From positions 7,113-71,112 of the forward strand of contig WVWV01000033.1 of assembly GCA_011773845.1 (NCBI GenBank): a stretch of 64,000 nucleotides of DNA, in the 5' to 3' direction. The stretch comes from Lysobacterales bacterium. GTDB lineage: Bacteria > Pseudomonadota > Gammaproteobacteria > Xanthomonadales > SZUA-36. Under the pieces are notes generated by a model, which worked only from the letters and a program-made list of their open reading frames with translations, was not told the origin of the DNA and made no database searches. Positions within the stretch are counted from its first letter, which is position 1. The number at the start of each line of letters is the position of its first letter. A program made the translations under genes and the position numbers. Of this stretch, positions 8,099-17,006 are shown piece after piece.

Positions 8099-10129
8099 TC
8101 AGGCGAGTGACGCCGGCCGGTCTTCGGCCGGGAGCTCACGCAGCAGCGGTGCCAGCACCGCGATCAGCTCTCCGATTTGCGGCTCGTAGTTGCGCCAGTA
8201 ATTCAGGGCCTTGGTGTAGATGGGTTGCCGGACCTGCTCCGAGCTGGCGGTGTTGATGGCCCTTTCGGTCTCCCAGAAGCGCAGGCAGCCGTCCTCCCAC
8301 GGCAGGCCCAGGTAGTCGAGGATGCGGCGGGTCTGCGCCTCCTGGTCGCGCACCAGGTCCTCGTAGCGCACGTCCAGCACCTTGCCGGGCAGCACCCGGT
8401 GCCAGTGGTCCATGATGCGCTGGTATTGCAGGTAGTACTGGCCCAACTCGAAGAAATCGTAGGAAAACGACTGGCCGTTGAAAAACAGTTGCTTCCAGGT
8501 CCCCAGGCAGCTGTCCAGGGGATGGCGCCGGGCGTTGATGACCCGGGCGTTGGGCAGCATGAGGTGCAGCAGCCCGATCATGGGAAAGTTGTTGGGCATC
8601 TTGTCGATGAAATAGGGCAGCCCGGTACGGTAGCGCCGCGTCGATTCCATGTAGTTCCGGCCCAGTTCCAGCAGGGCCCCCTCCGGCAACGGCTCGAGCG
8701 CCTCGGGGTACTGCACGCCATCCTTGCGGCTGCGGTTGATGTCGCGCACCGCACGGCTCAGGTCCGGCAATTCCATGGTGCCTTCGACCTGGCTGTGGCT
8801 GGCGATGATCTGCTCGATCAGGGTGGAGCCCGAGCGGGGCAGGCCGACGATGAGGATCGGGTCCGGGCTGGGATCGCCCCAGCCGGCCCGCGCGGCCAGG
8901 AATTCCGGCGTGAACGTTTCGATGATCCGGTCATGCAGGTGCTGGGTGTGGACCGGGTCGTAGGTTTCCTGGGCCCGGCGCAGTTCCGCGCCCGCCCGGT
9001 AGTGCTCGAAGGCGCGTTCGAACTGCTCCTGGCCGTCGTACTGCTTGCCGAGGGCATAGTGGAAATTGACCTTGGGCTCATCGCCCAGGTGCGGTTCCCC
9101 GACCATGCGCTCCATGACGCCCACTTCCTCCGCGGTGAACTCGAAGGTCTTGAGATTGGCCAGGCTCCAGTAGGCCTCGCCATAGGCCGGATGGGCCTCG
9201 ATACACTTGCGGTAGGCGGCAACGGACTCTTCCTGCCGGCCGACGGTTTTCAACACGTGGCCCATGCCCGCCAGTGCGCCACCATGCACCGGGCTCAGCT
9301 CCAGCGCCTTCTGGTACGCCTCCAGCGCCTCGTCGTGGCGCTGCGCCTTCGATAGTACGCCCCCCTTGGCCACCCACGCGTGCGGCAGGCTGGGGTCCAG
9401 CCCGATCGCGGTATCCGCCGCCTCCAGCGCCTCCGCGTACCGGTCCAGTTTCATCAGCACGGTGGTCAGGTCGATCCAGCCGAGGGTGAAGTCGGGCCCG
9501 CTCTCCACCGCCCGCCGCAGCAGGCGCAGCGAGGGGCGCCAGCGATTGGCATCCATCGCGATGGTGGCCAGCAAACGCAACGCCACCGGGTCATCGGGCT
9601 TCGCCGCCAGGTGCTCGCGCAGGATCTTCTCCGCCTCGCCCGCCTGGCCCGCGGACATGGCCTCCGAGGCCTGCGAAATCACCGCCTTGTCGGGGTTCAA
9701 CTCGATCGCGCGCTGGATGGCGCGCTCGGCTTCCGCGCCCTCGCCGCTCATGGCCAGCGCCCGGCCCAGCGCGAGGTGCGTCGAGTAGCGGTCCGGCAGG
9801 GCCTCGGCAGCCTGTCGCAGGTAGCGGGCCGCGCGGCGGGGCTTGCGCTCGGCAAGCAGGGCCCGGCCCTTGCCTTCGAGGGCCCGCGGGTAGTCGGGAA
9901 AGTTCTTCAGGGTGCGGGAGAACCAGGACTGCGCCTCCTGCGGCTGGCGCCGGGCCAGCAGGATCTCCCCCAGCAGACACAGCAGGTTCGGATCGCGCGG
10001 ATAAATGACCTGGCCGCGCCGGCAGACGCGCTCGGCATCATCCAGTTCACCGGCCTGCTTGGCCCGCAGGGCAGTTTCGTAGAACGCGCGGACCGATTGG
10101 TCCGATGTCTTGAGGCCCGTGTCTGTCAT
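8099..10129 (-). CDS. TPR-repeat protein fused to a sulfotransferase domain
   Basis: 676 aa. The N-terminal two-thirds are TPR-like helices. The C-terminal part carries the PAPS-binding-type motif 'LIVGLPRSGSTLIEQIIASH' and '...RYEDLV...'. Confidence 0.85.
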   Translation of the reverse strand: MTDTGLKTSDQSVRAFYETALRAKQAGELDDAERVCRRGQVIYPRDPNLLCLLGEILLARRQPQEAQSWFSRTLKNFPDYPRALEGKGRALLAERKPRRAARYLRQAAEALPDRYSTHLALGRALAMSGEGAEAERAIQRAIELNPDKAVISQASEAMSAGQAGEAEKILREHLAAKPDDPVALRLLATIAMDANRWRPSLRLLRRAVESGPDFTLGWIDLTTVLMKLDRYAEALEAADTAIGLDPSLPHAWVAKGGVLSKAQRHDEALEAYQKALELSPVHGGALAGMGHVLKTVGRQEESVAAYRKCIEAHPAYGEAYWSLANLKTFEFTAEEVGVMERMVGEPHLGDEPKVNFHYALGKQYDGQEQFERAFEHYRAGAELRRAQETYDPVHTQHLHDRIIETFTPEFLAARAGWGDPSPDPILIVGLPRSGSTLIEQIIASHSQVEGTMELPDLSRAVRDINRSRKDGVQYPEALEPLPEGALLELGRNYMESTRRYRTGLPYFIDKMPNNFPMIGLLHLMLPNARVINARRHPLDSCLGTWKQLFFNGQSFSYDFFELGQYYLQYQRIMDHWHRVLPGKVLDVRYEDLVRDQEAQTRRILDYLGLPWEDGCLRFWETERAINTASSEQVRQPIYTKALNYWRNYEPQIGELIAVLAPLLRELPAEDRPASLA

Positions 10130-10318
10130 GCTCGCAAGATCGTTTCGCGCGCGGCGCGCCCGGGGCGAAGAGTGTGCCCGAGCGCCGGCCCGGCCTCAAG
10201 CACCGCGCGCGCCGATGCCACGGCCGGCGGGCGCGCGCCATTGCCAAACCCGCCCCAGCGGCTCAAACTTGAAAGCCTGGTTCACGACCATCACCGGAAC
10301 ATGACCCGCGAGGTTTGC

Positions 10319-11812
10319 ATGCTGGACAAGACGACTCAGGACTGGCACACGATTGCCGCCGCACTGGACATCGAGGGACGGGCTTTCATCAACGGCCGCT
10401 ACGTGGACGCGCTGTCCGGGGAAACCCGGCCCACCACCAATCCCGCCACCGGGCGGCCGCTGGCCGAGGTGGCCCTGTGCGGAACGGAAGATGCCGACCT
10501 GGCGGTCGGGCACGCCCGGGCCGTGTTCGAGCGGGGCGACTGGGCGAACATGGCGCCCATGGACCGCAAGATGGTGCTGGTGCGCTGGGCCGAGCTCATC
10601 GAGCAGAACGCCGACGAGCTGGCGCTGCTGGAAAGCCTGGACGTCGGCAAGCCGATCTCCGACACCACCGCGGTCGACGTGCCCGCGGCCGTGCGCACGA
10701 TCCGCTGGAGCGGCGAGGCCATCGACAAGGTGTACGGCGAGATTTCGCCCACGCCAGCCAATACCCTGGCCCTGATCCAGCGCCTGCCACTGGGCGTGGT
10801 GACGGCCATCGTGCCGTGGAATTTTCCGCTTTCCACCACCGCCTGGAAACTGGCCCCGGCGCTGGCGACCGGCAACTCGGTGATCCTCAAGCCGGCCTCC
10901 AGCACCCCGCTCTCGGCGCTGCGCATCGCCGGACTGGCGGCCGAGGCCGGCCTGCCCGAGGGCGTCCTGCAGGTGCTGCCGGGGCCCGGCGGCAGCCTGG
11001 GCCGGCACCTGGGCCTGCACATGGACATCGACGGCCAGACCTTTACCGGCTCGACGCCGGTGGGCAAGCAGCTGATGGCGTATTCCGGCCGGTCGAACCT
11101 GAAGCGCACCTTCCTGGAGCTGGGCGGCAAGAGCCCGAACATCGTCTTCGCCGACGCCAACCTCGAAAAGGCGGCGGCCATGGCGGCGGTGGCGGTGTTC
11201 TACAACGGCGGCCAGACCTGCACCGCCGGCACCCGCCTGATCGTGGAAGAGCAGATCCTCGACCGCTTCATGAAGCTCGTGCTGGAGAGCGCCTCCAAGT
11301 GGATGCCTGGCGACCCGCTCGACCCCGCGACGCGCATGGGGCCGATGATCGACCAGGCCCAGCACGACGCGGTGGCCGAGTACGTCGGGATCGGCTGTGC
11401 CGAGGGCGCGGAGCTGGTGTTCGGCGGCCACCGGACCCTCGACGAAACCGGCGGCTACTTCATCGAGCCCACCGTGTTCCGCGGCGTGAACAACGCCATG
11501 CGGATCGCGCAGGAGGAAATCTTCGGGCCGGTGCTGTCGGTGATTCCCTTCACCGGCGCGGACGAGGCCGTGCGCATCGCCAACGACTCCATCTACGGCC
11601 TGGCCGGCGCGGTGTGGAGCAACGACATCAATACCGCGCACAAGGTCGCCGCCGCGGTGCGCGTCGGCACCATGGGCATCAACAACTACTTCGGCGGCGA
11701 CATCACGGTGCCGTTCGGCGGCTTCAAGCAGAGCGGCAACGGGCGCGACAAGTCGATCCACGCGTTCCACGACTACACCGAGCTCAAGACCACCTGGATC
11801 GAGTTCGACTGA
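10319..11812 (+). CDS. NAD-dependent aldehyde dehydrogenase, PuuC-like (gamma-glutamyl-gamma-aminobutyraldehyde dehydrogenase family)
   Basis: Motifs 'RTIRWSGEAIDKVYGE', 'VPWNFP', 'ELGGKSP', 'EEIFGPV' and 'PFGGFKQSGNGRDKS' closely parallel E. coli PuuC as I recall it. ATG 10319 has GAGG 5 nt upstream; ATG 10301 is an alternative. Confidence 0.9.
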   Translation: MLDKTTQDWHTIAAALDIEGRAFINGRYVDALSGETRPTTNPATGRPLAEVALCGTEDADLAVGHARAVFERGDWANMAPMDRKMVLVRWAELIEQNADELALLESLDVGKPISDTTAVDVPAAVRTIRWSGEAIDKVYGEISPTPANTLALIQRLPLGVVTAIVPWNFPLSTTAWKLAPALATGNSVILKPASSTPLSALRIAGLAAEAGLPEGVLQVLPGPGGSLGRHLGLHMDIDGQTFTGSTPVGKQLMAYSGRSNLKRTFLELGGKSPNIVFADANLEKAAAMAAVAVFYNGGQTCTAGTRLIVEEQILDRFMKLVLESASKWMPGDPLDPATRMGPMIDQAQHDAVAEYVGIGCAEGAELVFGGHRTLDETGGYFIEPTVFRGVNNAMRIAQEEIFGPVLSVIPFTGADEAVRIANDSIYGLAGAVWSNDINTAHKVAAAVRVGTMGINNYFGGDITVPFGGFKQSGNGRDKSIHAFHDYTELKTTWIEFD

Positions 11813-11870
11813 GCGGGGGGTTGGCCGCACGTGAACAGGCGACCCCTGTCGGCAAGCCGGGGCCGCTGAG

Positions 11871-13244
11871 GTGCCCGGCGGGGACCGCCAGGACCTGACC
11901 CGCGGCCCGGTCGCGGCCCACCTGCGGCGGCAGGGCGTGCCGTTCGCGTTCGGCCTGGTGGCGATTTTCTCCTTCGAGGCCGTGGACCTGTTCTTCATCT
12001 CCCGCCTCGGCGATGCGCCGCTGGCGGCGATCAGTTTCACCTTCCCGGTCATCTGGTTGCTGTACGGCATCGGCATCGGCTTCGAGGCCGGAGCCGCCTC
12101 CTGCATATCGCGGGCGGTGGGCCGGCGCGACAGCCTCCAGGCCCGGCGCCTGACCACCGACACCGCCCTGCTCGGGACGCTGGTGGCGCTGGGGCTGTGC
12201 GCGCTGGGGCTGGCGAGCATTGCGCCCGTGTTCACCATGCTCGGCGCCACCGCGCCGCTGCTGCCGCTGATCACCGACTACATGAGCCTGTGGTACTGGG
12301 TGGCGCCGCTGGACGTGTGCCTGTGGGTCTCGCTGGCTTCCGTGCGCGCGCGCGGCAACACGCTGCTGGAAAGCAAAATCATCACCGCGGCGGCCCTGCT
12401 GAACATGGCGCTCGACCCGGTGTTCATCTTCGGGCTGTTCGGCTTTCCGCGCCTGGAAATCCGCGGCGCGGCACTGGCCTCGCTGGTGGCCACCGGCGTG
12501 ATGCTGGTGTTCACGCTCGGCTACCTGCATTTTCGCCTGCGGGTGTATGCCAGCCCGCTGGCGCCGCTGCGCTCGATCCTCGCCTCCTGGCGCCACATGC
12601 TGCACATCGGCATCCCGGCCATGATCACCAACGCCATCATCCCGGTCTCCAGCGGCATCGTGGTCTCCATGATCGCCGTCTATGGGGTCAACGCGGTGGC
12701 GGGCTACGGCGTCGCCATGCGCATCGAGCCGATGTTCCTGATCCCCTTCTATGCGCTGTCCGCGGTCGCGAGCCCGTTTTTCGGCCAGAATTCCGGCGCC
12801 GGCCACGCCGATCGGCTGCTGGAGGCGCGGCGGGTGCTGGCGCGGTTCTGCCTGAGCCTGGGGGCGGTGCTGGCGATCGCCCTGTGGCTGCTGGCGCGGC
12901 CGCTGGCCGGCATTTTCAGCGAATCGGAAGCCATCCTGCAGGTGGCCGTGCATTACCTGTGGATGGTGCCGCTGTCCTACGGCGCCTATGGCCTGGTGAT
13001 GTCGGTGAACGCCGCCTTCAACGGCATGGGCAAGCCCCTTCCGGGCGTGGCCATTTCGGCCCTGCGCGTGCTGGTGCTGTTCCTGCCCCTGGCCTTCCTG
13101 GGTCGCTGGCTGTTCGATCTGCCCGGCTTGTTCGCTGCCAGCACGGCTTCGAACCTGGCGCTGGGCCTCGCGGGCTTCATCTGGCTGGGCCGGCAGATCG
13201 CGCGCATCCCCCGGCCCGGCGCGGCGGGGAGCGGCCCGCCATGA
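11871..13244 (+). CDS. MATE-family efflux transporter
   Basis: 457-aa polytopic membrane protein with a GTG start and MATE-like repeats ('...AAISFTFPVIW...', '...IGIPAMITNAIIPVSSGIV...'). Confidence 0.8.
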   Translation: MPGGDRQDLTRGPVAAHLRRQGVPFAFGLVAIFSFEAVDLFFISRLGDAPLAAISFTFPVIWLLYGIGIGFEAGAASCISRAVGRRDSLQARRLTTDTALLGTLVALGLCALGLASIAPVFTMLGATAPLLPLITDYMSLWYWVAPLDVCLWVSLASVRARGNTLLESKIITAAALLNMALDPVFIFGLFGFPRLEIRGAALASLVATGVMLVFTLGYLHFRLRVYASPLAPLRSILASWRHMLHIGIPAMITNAIIPVSSGIVVSMIAVYGVNAVAGYGVAMRIEPMFLIPFYALSAVASPFFGQNSGAGHADRLLEARRVLARFCLSLGAVLAIALWLLARPLAGIFSESEAILQVAVHYLWMVPLSYGAYGLVMSVNAAFNGMGKPLPGVAISALRVLVLFLPLAFLGRWLFDLPGLFAASTASNLALGLAGFIWLGRQIARIPRPGAAGSGPP

Positions 13245-13280
13245 AGACCGTACGGCGCCGGCCCCGATCCCCGTAGCGGA

Positions 13281-14120
13281 TCACGGGCCGGCCCGGCGCC
13301 AGGCTTCCTGCGCCCAGGAGCGGATCAGCAGCGCCTCGTCCCAGCGATCGGACAACTCCCGGCCGTCGGCGTCGGTAATCGCGTAGGGTGGCGGCCCCAG
13401 TTCGCACAGGAACACCAGCCTGGCCTGCTCGCCGTTGCGCGCGCGCCACATCCGCATGCCCTGCTCCCACCATTCCCGGAATTGCGCGACCCACGCCTGG
13501 TGCTGGGGAAAGCCCAGCGGCACCTGGATCTGCTCGGCATTGGACACGCGACCCTGGAAGCAGTCGGAGCGCTCCAGGATGCGATGCATCGAATCGCGGT
13601 CCGCCTCGCTCAGCGGCAGGCGCATCTCGCGGTCGAGCACGAAATGCGACAGGTCGGCGCACAGGCGCATCTCCGGCACGGCCTCGATGAGGCGCAGGGT
13701 GTAATGCAGATCGTTGAGGGTGCAGTCGCGGTGGGTCTCGAACAGCAGCGGCAGGCCGGCCGCCGCGGCATCCGCCAGCCAGCCGCGGATCACGGGCACG
13801 CCTTCCCCGATCGTCATGGGCATCACCTGGCCGATGACGTTGACCAGCACGGCATCCATCTCCCGGGCCAGGTCCAGCAGCGGCACGAGCTCCTCGCGGC
13901 GGCGCGGAAAGGCATTGACCATGCACTCGAGGCCGTATTCCCGGTACAGCGGTCGCAGGGCGCGCATGGCCGCGATTTCGTGCACCGCCGGGTCGATGCA
14001 CAGACCGTGATAGCCGGCCTCGGCAGCCCTGCGAAAATGCTCCTCCACGGGCGGCTCGGGCACGCCCGGACGGCGCAGTTCCATGGCCCACAGCGACTGG
14101 AAGACTTGCAGGTCCGGCAC
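13281..14120 (-). CDS. Xylose-isomerase-like TIM-barrel protein (sugar-phosphate isomerase/epimerase family)
   Basis: 279 aa with motifs 'LLFETHRD' and 'LCADLSHFV', typical of the metal ligands in this fold. The family call is by eye only. Confidence 0.6.
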   Translation of the reverse strand: MPDLQVFQSLWAMELRRPGVPEPPVEEHFRRAAEAGYHGLCIDPAVHEIAAMRALRPLYREYGLECMVNAFPRRREELVPLLDLAREMDAVLVNVIGQVMPMTIGEGVPVIRGWLADAAAAGLPLLFETHRDCTLNDLHYTLRLIEAVPEMRLCADLSHFVLDREMRLPLSEADRDSMHRILERSDCFQGRVSNAEQIQVPLGFPQHQAWVAQFREWWEQGMRMWRARNGEQARLVFLCELGPPPYAITDADGRELSDRWDEALLIRSWAQEAWRRAGP

Positions 14121-14132
14121 GCGGCGACCGGC

Positions 14133-14855
14133 TCAGGAGCCTTCCAGTTCGCGCAGGTACTCCTGCAGCATCCCGCGCATGTCCTCGGCCTGCGCCTCGA
14201 AGTCCAGCCCGCTGTAGAACAACATGTAATTGAATTCCTCGTTGGCGAGGGCGCGAAATTCGCTGGACAGGATGCGCCCCAGGGCGAATTCGATGCCGAA
14301 GTCCTCGATTGCCCGCTGGTCGATGTCTTCCCGCAATTCGGCGGGAATCACGGTATGCACGAATGAGACATACCCCGTATGGCGGGTGGCCAGGTTGGTG
14401 AAGGTGGCCCCCAGCCTGCCGTAATACAGCGCGATCCGCTCGCGCAGCGCGGGGTTTCGAATGATGCGGAAATTGCCGGTGGAGCGGAGATCCTGAAACG
14501 TGGTGTCCGCGTACCAGGGTTGCGCCGCGGCGCTCATGATCCCGCCACGGGACACGTTTCTGAAAAATGCCAGGACGTCGTCCGGCACCGGGGCCTGGCC
14601 CCTGACGATCGGCAAGACCTGCGAAAGCGCCGCACGCTTTTCCTGCAGGCGGGGATGCAGGCGTTCGCGGACGTACCAGAGGTCGTGTTCCACGTCTTCC
14701 TGCATCCGCTTGATGTAATCGATCGCGAGCCGATGTTCCTGCTGCCCGGTCCAGAAATCATTGAGCGCCAGCGCAATCAGCACACCCAGCACGACGACCA
14801 GCGTCTCGGCGAGCAGCCAGCGAATCCCCTTGGAGCTGATCAGGTTGCGCGCCAC
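14133..14855 (-). CDS. Hypothetical single-pass membrane-anchored protein
   Basis: 240 aa. N-terminal anchor 'IRWLLAETLVVVLGVLIALALNDFW' followed by a helical soluble domain. GTG start lies 6 nt after the desaturase stop. Confidence 0.6.
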   Translation of the reverse strand: MARNLISSKGIRWLLAETLVVVLGVLIALALNDFWTGQQEHRLAIDYIKRMQEDVEHDLWYVRERLHPRLQEKRAALSQVLPIVRGQAPVPDDVLAFFRNVSRGGIMSAAAQPWYADTTFQDLRSTGNFRIIRNPALRERIALYYGRLGATFTNLATRHTGYVSFVHTVIPAELREDIDQRAIEDFGIEFALGRILSSEFRALANEEFNYMLFYSGLDFEAQAEDMRGMLQEYLRELEGS

Positions 14856-14861
14856 GGCGGC

Positions 14862-15899
14862 TCAGAAGGAGGTGAGGAACGACGCCGCGTTGCCGCCGTA
14901 CTGCAGACCCTGGCGCGCGGTCTCGAAATACCGTTCCTGCATCGCGTCCTGCACCCCGTCGTGCGGTCCGCCGCGATGCGTGACGCGGTGCACCCGGTGG
15001 GCGAAGTAGATCTTCAGTTGCTGCCGGAGCGGGATCACGGAGGCGGGATCGTCGCTGATGTGCTCGCGGTAGTAAGCGGGCAGCCGGTACCAGGGCACGG
15101 TCGGGCGCCGGTGATGGGCGTTGTGGAACCCGAAGTTCAGCACCAGCCAGTTGGGCAGGTCGTAGCGGAAGCTGATGGGGTTGGAGAAGGTGTGCGCCTG
15201 CTCGGTGGCGCGCCCGCCGAACCGTGACGGCGCCTGCCTGGCGTAGAGGATCGGGTTGTTGTCGTAGTCGTGCTGCAGCATGTCCATGAACCGCAGCACG
15301 TGCATCATCAGCAGGTAGGCGACGGCGTATCCCACCGCCACCCGCGGCCAGAGCACCGCCAGCGTCACGAACGCGCCGACCCGGACCACGATCACCGCCG
15401 CCTGGCGCAACCGCTGGCTGCGGCGCTGCGGGATGATGAAGGCCGAAATCATCATGATGCCGTGCATCAGCAGGTCGTGCGCCGGGATGCAGAACCATTC
15501 GAAAAACCTGATGACGCTCACCAGCCGCGGGTGCCGCTCGAAAAACGCTTCGTACTCGAACCACACCGAATCGTCGTTATCCGTGTGGTGGCGGAAGTGC
15601 TTGTAGCGGATGTCCTCGAAGGTGCCATAGCTGGAGCCGCAGACCCAGCTCAGGAGCCGGCCGAGCCGCGCATTGGCCGCCTTGCGGCGGAAGATCGTGT
15701 TGTGGGCGCACTCGTGGACGAGGTAGGCGGCGATGACCATGGCGTGTGCCAGCAGCAGGGTCGCCAGCACGTTCACCCCCCAGTGATCCGCAAACAGGCC
15801 GGCGAACCCCGCGGCATAGCCGACCAGCGCATAGGCGAGCGCGGCGCCGTGGTACCACAGCCCCTGCGGTTCGTTGAAATGTCGCGCCATCGGGTTCAT
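14862..15899 (-). CDS. Membrane fatty-acid-desaturase-family di-iron enzyme
   Basis: Three histidine boxes: 'HECAH', 'HFRHH' and 'HNAHH'. Start set at ATG 15899 (MNPMARHF...); 15890 and 15944 are alternatives. Confidence 0.85.
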   Translation of the reverse strand: MNPMARHFNEPQGLWYHGAALAYALVGYAAGFAGLFADHWGVNVLATLLLAHAMVIAAYLVHECAHNTIFRRKAANARLGRLLSWVCGSSYGTFEDIRYKHFRHHTDNDDSVWFEYEAFFERHPRLVSVIRFFEWFCIPAHDLLMHGIMMISAFIIPQRRSQRLRQAAVIVVRVGAFVTLAVLWPRVAVGYAVAYLLMMHVLRFMDMLQHDYDNNPILYARQAPSRFGGRATEQAHTFSNPISFRYDLPNWLVLNFGFHNAHHRRPTVPWYRLPAYYREHISDDPASVIPLRQQLKIYFAHRVHRVTHRGGPHDGVQDAMQERYFETARQGLQYGGNAASFLTSF

Positions 15900-15950
15900 G
15901 AGCCGGTCCCGCTCAAGTATTGACCCACGCCCGCCACTCCGCAAGCCGCC

Positions 15951-16823
15951 TCACCTCAGCCCGGAGGCCTCGATCGCCGCCGCGATGTGCTCCGGCTCGC
16001 CGGTCGTCATCAGGTTCACCCCCGAGATGCCCGGAATACCGGCCATCGCGCGCATGGTCTCCGCGCAGATCCCGATGCCCTCCGCCAACGGGTCGTCGGC
16101 CTGCTCCAGACGCTCGATGATCGTGTCGGGAATTTTCGAGTCCAGCATGTTGTCCTTCACCCAGCGGGCCGTCTCCGCCGAAGGCAGGGGCGTGAGCGAT
16201 ACGATCACCGAGTAGCGCCAGGTGAGCTGCGCCTGCACCAGCCGCTCCATATACTGGCGCAACAGATCGAGATCGAAGCAGATCTGGGTCTGCAGGAACT
16301 GCGCGCCCGCCTCGGCGCGGGCGCGCAGGGAATCGCCGCGCCAACCGGACCTGGCCCGGTGCGCCTTGGCGCCGGTACCGATGAAGAATGCCGCTTTCTG
16401 CCCGTCGCCCTCCTCGTTCATGGCCTGGGCCATCGCGATCAACTCCCGCGCGGTCAGGTCGAACACGGTGCTGGCGTGCAGCGGGTGCTTCTTGGGCACC
16501 CGTCGCCCGCGGGTCAACAACACGCTGGTCACGCCCAGGGCTCGCAGCCCCAGCAGGTCACTCGTCAACGCGATGCGGTTGCGGTCCCGGCAAGTGAGAA
16601 TGGGAATCGGGTCGATACCCTCTTGCAAAAGCAATGCGGAGGCGGCCAGCGCGGACATGTTGACCCAGGCCAGCGGGTTGTCGGCGACCTGCACGCCATC
16701 CGCCTGGCCGGCGAACAGGCGGGCCTGGCGGGCGACTTCGTCCGCGGTCGTGTTGCGCCCGAGCGTCAACTCGGCGGTGATGGTGAACGCATCGCTTTGC
16801 GCTGCCGTGCTGAAGGTCCGCAC
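15951..16823 (-). CDS. Methylenetetrahydrofolate reductase (MetF)-like protein, paralogue 1
   Basis: 290 aa. MTHFR-like TIM-barrel signatures ('...TAELTLGR...', 'ILTCRDRNR', 'AQFLQTQICFD') and the same length class as the 21486-22352 paralogue. Confidence 0.7.
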   Translation of the reverse strand: MRTFSTAAQSDAFTITAELTLGRNTTADEVARQARLFAGQADGVQVADNPLAWVNMSALAASALLLQEGIDPIPILTCRDRNRIALTSDLLGLRALGVTSVLLTRGRRVPKKHPLHASTVFDLTARELIAMAQAMNEEGDGQKAAFFIGTGAKAHRARSGWRGDSLRARAEAGAQFLQTQICFDLDLLRQYMERLVQAQLTWRYSVIVSLTPLPSAETARWVKDNMLDSKIPDTIIERLEQADDPLAEGIGICAETMRAMAGIPGISGVNLMTTGEPEHIAAAIEASGLR

Positions 16824-17006
16824 CGTGTCTCCGCCTGGCTTCGATAAGGGCTATTCCATCGGCAGGGCCACCTGCGCTACCCTACCCGCGCCAGTCCAGC
16901 ATCATACCCGCGCGGCTTCGATGCGAACAGTTCGGCTGCGGCACCCTGGCAGTCGGTGCCATTCCCCGGAACCCCGGCGCGATGACAAGCGGATGACGAC
17001 AGCGAC

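Noticed and set aside
16950-16966. Sigma-54-like 'TGGCAGTCGGTGCCA' upstream of the PuuB-like gene.
   Set aside because: The GC dinucleotide lies 2 nt too close to the GG compared with the canonical spacing, so it does not fit a -24/-12 promoter.
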